Shown in pieces: positions 59,122 to 64,000 of a stretch of 64,000 bases of DNA. Where the stretch lies: contig CAXHJY010000195.1 of NCBI GenBank assembly GCA_964016885.1, positions 1 through 64,000 on the forward strand, in the 5' to 3' direction. Every line of letters begins with the position of its first letter. Position 1 is the first letter of the stretch. This stretch comes from Eledone cirrhosa (Eukaryota). The notes beneath the pieces are model-generated. The model had not been told where the DNA came from and made no database searches. It saw nothing but the letters and a program-made list of their open reading frames with translations. The translations under genes were made by a program, and so were the position numbers.

Positions 59122-59302
59122 TAATTGTTTCTACTTTTGGCACAAGGCCAACAATTACCCAGTACATTACTGGTACTTTATTTTATTGACCCCGTCATGA
59201 TGAAAGGCAAAGTTAACCTCAACGGGATTTGAACTCAGAATGGCAAGGGCCGTAACTCTATGCGTCAAAGCATGGCGTCCGACCCTCTACCGATACTGCC
59301 AA
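59122..59302 (-). mobile_element. SINE family 1 within (AAT)n
   Basis: Consensus match; CCAATAATAATAATAAT occurs on both sides. Confidence 0.9.
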
Positions 59303-59447
59303 TAATAATAATAATAATGATGATAATGATAATGATCTGTGTAATATCAATATGATAGAGGGGACATAGTGTATTGAACTGGGTATGAGATCAACAGTTA
59401 ATGATTATTGAATTCAAAGATATCTCAGTGAGAAGGTCGGCTTCATA

Positions 59448-60040
59448 CGACCCAACTTAAACACCATCTGAAGACAGATCATCTGTGTAAGACCCAACCT
59501 AAACACCATCTGAAGACAGATCATCTGTGTAAGACCCAACCTAAACACCATCTGAAGACAGATCATCTGTGTAAGACCCAACCTAAACACCATCTGAAGA
59601 CAGACCATCTGTTAAGGCCCAACTTAAACACCATCTGAAGACAGACCATCTGTTAAGGCCCAACTTAAACACCATCTGAAGACATACCATCTTTTAAGGC
59701 CCAACTTAATGAAGACAGACCATCTGTTAAGATCCAACCTAAACACCATCTGAAGACAGACCATCTGTTAAGGCCCAACTTAAACACCATCTGAAGACAG
59801 ACCATCTGTTAAGATCCAACCTAAACACCATCTGAAGACAGATCATCCGTTAAGATCCAACCTAAACACCATCTGTTAAGGCCCAACCTAAACACCATCT
59901 GAAGACAGACCATCTGTTAAGGCCCAACCTAAACACCATCTGAAGACAGACTATCTGTTAAGGCCCAACCTAAACACCATCTGAAGACAGATCATCTGTT
60001 AAGACCCAACCTAAACACCATCTGTTAAGACCCAACCTAG
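59448..60040. repeat. 41-42-bp minisatellite
   Basis: CCCAACCTAAACACCATCTGAAGACAGACCATCTGTTAAGG, about 15 copies with deletion variants. Confidence 0.95.
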
Positions 60041-60389
60041 AACCCGGTGGGGTGGGGGGCATCAAAAGAGATTTTTTTAAATTTCTTGATCTAAAATTGA
60101 AACGAAACAAAACAAAACAAAATAAAAAACAACTTCCTGAAATATATTATTTATTCTGAATTACCAAAGATTCAGTAAATTTAATTCTGCAGCTGAATAA
60201 TCATGAACAACCAATTTAGATGTCATACCTGCTGCTGGTGATTAATTAATTACTTAATTAATTTGTACTAAACTACAACTTGTAATATAGCTTCCACTTG
60301 ATGACACTGGGTGATCTCTTCAGTTTTCACTCCATAAAACATGGCGTCATGGCCAGGCAATACTTTAACGACCAACAGCAGAAAATAAT

Positions 60390-60770
60390 ACTTTCTGATT
60401 TAGACAAAGGCCAACAATTTTAGGGGAAAGGGAAAGTCGAGTAAATGGACATCAGTGCATTACTGATACTTTATTTGATCGACCCTGTAAGGATGAAAAG
60501 CAAAGCTAACCTCGGCGGGATTTGATTCAGAACGTAAAGGGTCGTAGCTCTATGCTGCAAAGCATGGTGTCCGACACTCTACTGATACTGCCAATTCACA
60601 GCAGAAAATAAGGGATTGTTTTTCAATACCAATATCACTTCTTTTGATTGGCAGAATCAGTAGAGAGTCAGACACCATGCTTTGCAGCATAGAGTTATGG
60701 CCCGTTGCGTTCTCAGTTCAAATCCAGCCGAGGTTAGCTTTGCCTTTCATCCTTACAGGGTCGATATAAT
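60390..60770. mobile_element. Divergent pair of SINE family 1 copies
   Basis: Minus copy 60390-60600, plus copy 60647-60770. Confidence 0.8.
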
Positions 60771-60836
60771 CGATTATATGACTTCCCTCAAAGATTTGTG
60801 GTTTCGTCGCTTTATTAGAAATCAATATTTTGGTAC

Positions 60837-61166
60837 TACATTGTACCCCTGGCATTCGCGGTTCCGATTATTTGCGGAATTTTCCTCAGAACCTAACTAA
60901 CAATTGTACGTGGAAACCACTGCATATTCGCGGAATCGTACATATCTTCCGCGATAATTTTTGGTGAGGCGGCTTTTTTCGTGGCAATATGTATTCTTTA
61001 ACGCTAAATTATTAATAACGATATACCGTATTTGCCGGTCTATATTTTACGTTACGTTTTGACGTTTATAGGCATTTTTATGGACCACGTCCAACATTCG
61101 CGGGGTTTTCCCTCTTGGCGGGTACTCTAGGAACGTAACCCTCGCGAATACCGGGGGACAACTGTA
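60837..61166. mobile_element. Tigger/pogo-like MITE with TA TSD
   Basis: TA-CATTGTACCCCTGGCATTCGCG and CGCGAATACCGGGGGACAACTG-TA form imperfect TIRs; second copy at 43025. Confidence 0.75.
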
Positions 61167-61841
61167 GTTCATAATTGATTATATTATCATACTTCCTACA
61201 AAGATTGGTGGTTGGGTTGTTATTCTTGAAATCAATGTTTTGTTACTAGTTCATATTTCATTACACATCTTACGTCTAAGTTTATGAAACCCACAGATGT
61301 CCAGAGCCTAGGGTGTCTGATTTTAATCCGATGGGTCAGCAGTTTGCGCCCATTTTTGCCACTTAGTCAGGGAGAAAAGAACTGTATTTATTGTCCTTTA
61401 TTTTTCGGGTGTCTAAAACAGGTGGCAACAAGGGTGGAAGTTATCCACAAAACAAAAGACCTGACCCGAATGCTTATAACAGAATGAACTCCTTTAAAAC
61501 ACTCAAGTCTACCACCCATTGAAGTTGCATCTTTGTGTTTCTTGATATTGGTTTATTTACAGATTGGACGGAGTGCTTTTAGTTTCTTATGAAACTGAAA
61601 CTAACGTTCGTATTCATCTAGAATAGTTGCTGTAATTGGTTAGGGAATGTTTGGTGAATTCAGGCTAAAAGGTGGGGTGAACCTGTTAATGTTTATTTTT
61701 CAGTTTCTGTCAAGTTTTAGATTCATTTGTGTATAGAATTGTGCTGTTTAGTCATATATTGCTTTGCCAGAAAATACTGCGGAAATTTACCGGCTTATGT
61801 TGCTGATTCGATTGTTAGTTTTTATTATTATGATGATTTGA

Positions 61842-62830
61842 AGGCGGTGGATTGGCAGTATCGGTAGAGGGTCGGACGCCATGCTTTGACGCAAAGAGTT
61901 ACGGCCCTTTCCATTCTGAGTTCAAATCCCGCCGAGGTTAATTTTGTCTTTCATCCTTACGCGGTCGAGAAAATAAAGTAATACCAGTAATACACTGGTT
62001 AATTTCTGGCCTTGTGCCAAAAGTAGAAACAATTATTATGATGATTTGAAACTACCTTTGAGTTCTGCTTCTTTCCAAATCATGCCGAGTGTCAACCCGG
62101 TACCCGGTACCCGAGGTAATATTTCATAATTGTTTCTACTTTTGGTACAAGACCAGCAATTATTACTGGTACTTTATTTTATCGACCCCGTAATGATGAA
62201 AGGCAAAGTTAACCTCGGTGGGATTTGAACTCAGACCATAAAGGGCCGTAACTAGTCTGAGTTCAAATCCCACCGAGGTTAACTTTGCCTTTCATCCTTA
62301 GGGGGTCGATAAAATAAAGTACCAGTAATACACTGGGATAATTGCTGTTCATAATACACACATTTTACAATCAATTGTCACACAAATGATGCCAAAAGGG
62401 CACAAATAACAGTAAATGACCTTGCAAAGTTTTTAAATTGATAATTGTTTCTACTTTAGGCACAAGGCCAGCAATCACCCAGTGCATTACTGGTACTTTA
62501 TTTTATCGACTCCGTAAGGATGAAAGGCAAAGTCAATATCGGCGGGATTTGAACTCAGATCGTAATGGGACGTAACTATGCTGGAAAGCATGGCGTCCGA
62601 CCCTCTACCGATACTGCCAATCCACCGCACCCAGTTTTTAAATTGATAATGCCCTTCTTAGGACATGGGCAGTGCCAGTCAGTTTTCTGTATCTCTTGCA
62701 GCGATGGCTTTCCAGGTATTAAATCCCGCCGAGGTTTGCTTTGCCTTTCATCCTTAAGGGGTCGATAAAATAAAGTCTCAGTAATGCACTGGTGGTAATT
62801 ACTGGCTTTGTGCCAAAAGTAGAATCAATT
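61842..62830. mobile_element. SINE family 1 cluster (61842-62037 +, 62127-62253 -, 62254-62348 +, 62441-62628 -, 62720-62830 +)
   Basis: Consensus matches. Confidence 0.85.
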
Positions 62831-63669
62831 ATTAATATTTAATTTGGATGACTGGGATGTTTGTTTACATACAGCTGTTTTCTTTGGAACTTTGAATTGA
62901 AAATCTTCGACATCGATCTGACGTGTGAAAGGATACATACGACAGGACAACTTTTTCTTCCTCGTCTTTCCCAATTAATTTTCAAAAATATTTTCAAGCA
63001 GAAATCATCAATTAATGACCTTTCATAACCAATTACTTACCTGCCTGAAAACAGAAGATTTTTAATTGAGTTATCTAAACACACACACACACGTACACAC
63101 GTACATACGTGCACACACACACGTACACACATGCGCACACACACACACGTACACATACGCACACACACATATACATGCACACGCACACACAAACACGTAC
63201 AGACATGTATATATGTATATATATATATATTATAGAAGATGTGTGTAAAAGTGTGTGTGTATGTGTGTGTGCCTGTAAGTGTGGGTTTTAGCATGTTTAT
63301 GTATTATATTAGTGTGTGAATGTGCTTTACTTAGATAATAGAGATACATTCTCCATTCTGTCCGCCGAGGCAGCGATGCAGTCAGCGCGTGGGGCCCCGT
63401 GTTCTTATAATAGTGAGAGATAGGAAGAGCGGGAAAACGGGGTGATGATAGTGGGAGTTTGGTTCCTCTGTGTTCAGACTTGGTGTACGCGTGGGCGTAA
63501 TTTTACACTTATTTTCGGCTTTTTCCAGAAAATAATAGAGATGTGTATGAAGACATGTACGATATGTTTGCGTATAATAGACACATATATAGTTGTTACC
63601 ATGTCTACTTTAAGCTGTGATATGATCACAGCTTAAAACAGATATATGTATATTTATTATACATAAACA

Positions 63670-64000
63670 TCTGAGTTCAAATCCCACCAAGGTTTGCTTT
63701 GCCTTTCATCTTTACAGGGTCGATAAAATAAAGTACCAGTAATGCACTGGTTAATTGCTGGCCTTGTGCCTAAAGTAGAAACAGTTATTTGTCATCGGAA
63801 AGGGCGGTGGATTGGCAGTATCGGTAGAGGGTCGGACGCCATGCTTTCCAGCATAGTTACGTCCCTTTACGGTCTGAGTTCAAATCCCGCCGAGGTTCAC
63901 TTTGCCTTTCATCCTTACGGGGTCGATAAAATAAAGTACCAGTAACGTACTTGGGTCAACGTAATTGACTTTCTACTACCCCAAGAGTGTTGGCCTTATG
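63670..64000 (+). mobile_element. Tandem SINE family 1 dimer
   Basis: Two copies joined by the same linker as at 47597-47611. Confidence 0.9.

Noticed and set aside
59448-60040. Regular array of about 41-bp units that could be mistaken for CRISPR
   Set aside because: No unique spacers and no cas genes; a eukaryotic minisatellite. The same applies to 45330-45570 and 11410-11650.

Overview
Eukaryotic, AT-rich, repeat-saturated intergenic or intronic DNA with no recognisable host gene. The microsatellite load and SINE types suggest an octopod cephalopod (inference). Nearly all ORFs in the supplied track are translations of (TA)n, (CA)n, (CTA)n or (GGT)n tracts. The real coding remnants are all transposon-derived: a frameshifted Penelope-like element (RT plus GIY-YIG), other Penelope fragments, an internally deleted mariner, Tx1/L1, CR1-like and RTE LINE fragments, and a hAT C-terminal remnant. 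There are also about 35 copies or fragments of a tRNA-derived SINE. The main hidden signal is RNA-level: about 20 type I hammerhead ribozyme (HHR) motifs from about nine sequence families. Two of these families are non-coding tandem units resembling retrozymes (circRNA-type elements). One is a 595-bp unit at 51130-53553 whose HHR has a compensated non-canonical core (UUGAUAA, U3-A8). The other is a 467-bp unit at 40319-41334. Many of these elements sit in (TA)n tracts as head-to-head inverted pairs, which suggests one Penelope-driven twin-priming or template-switch insertion mechanism. All folds were assigned by eye; no computation or database search was run.
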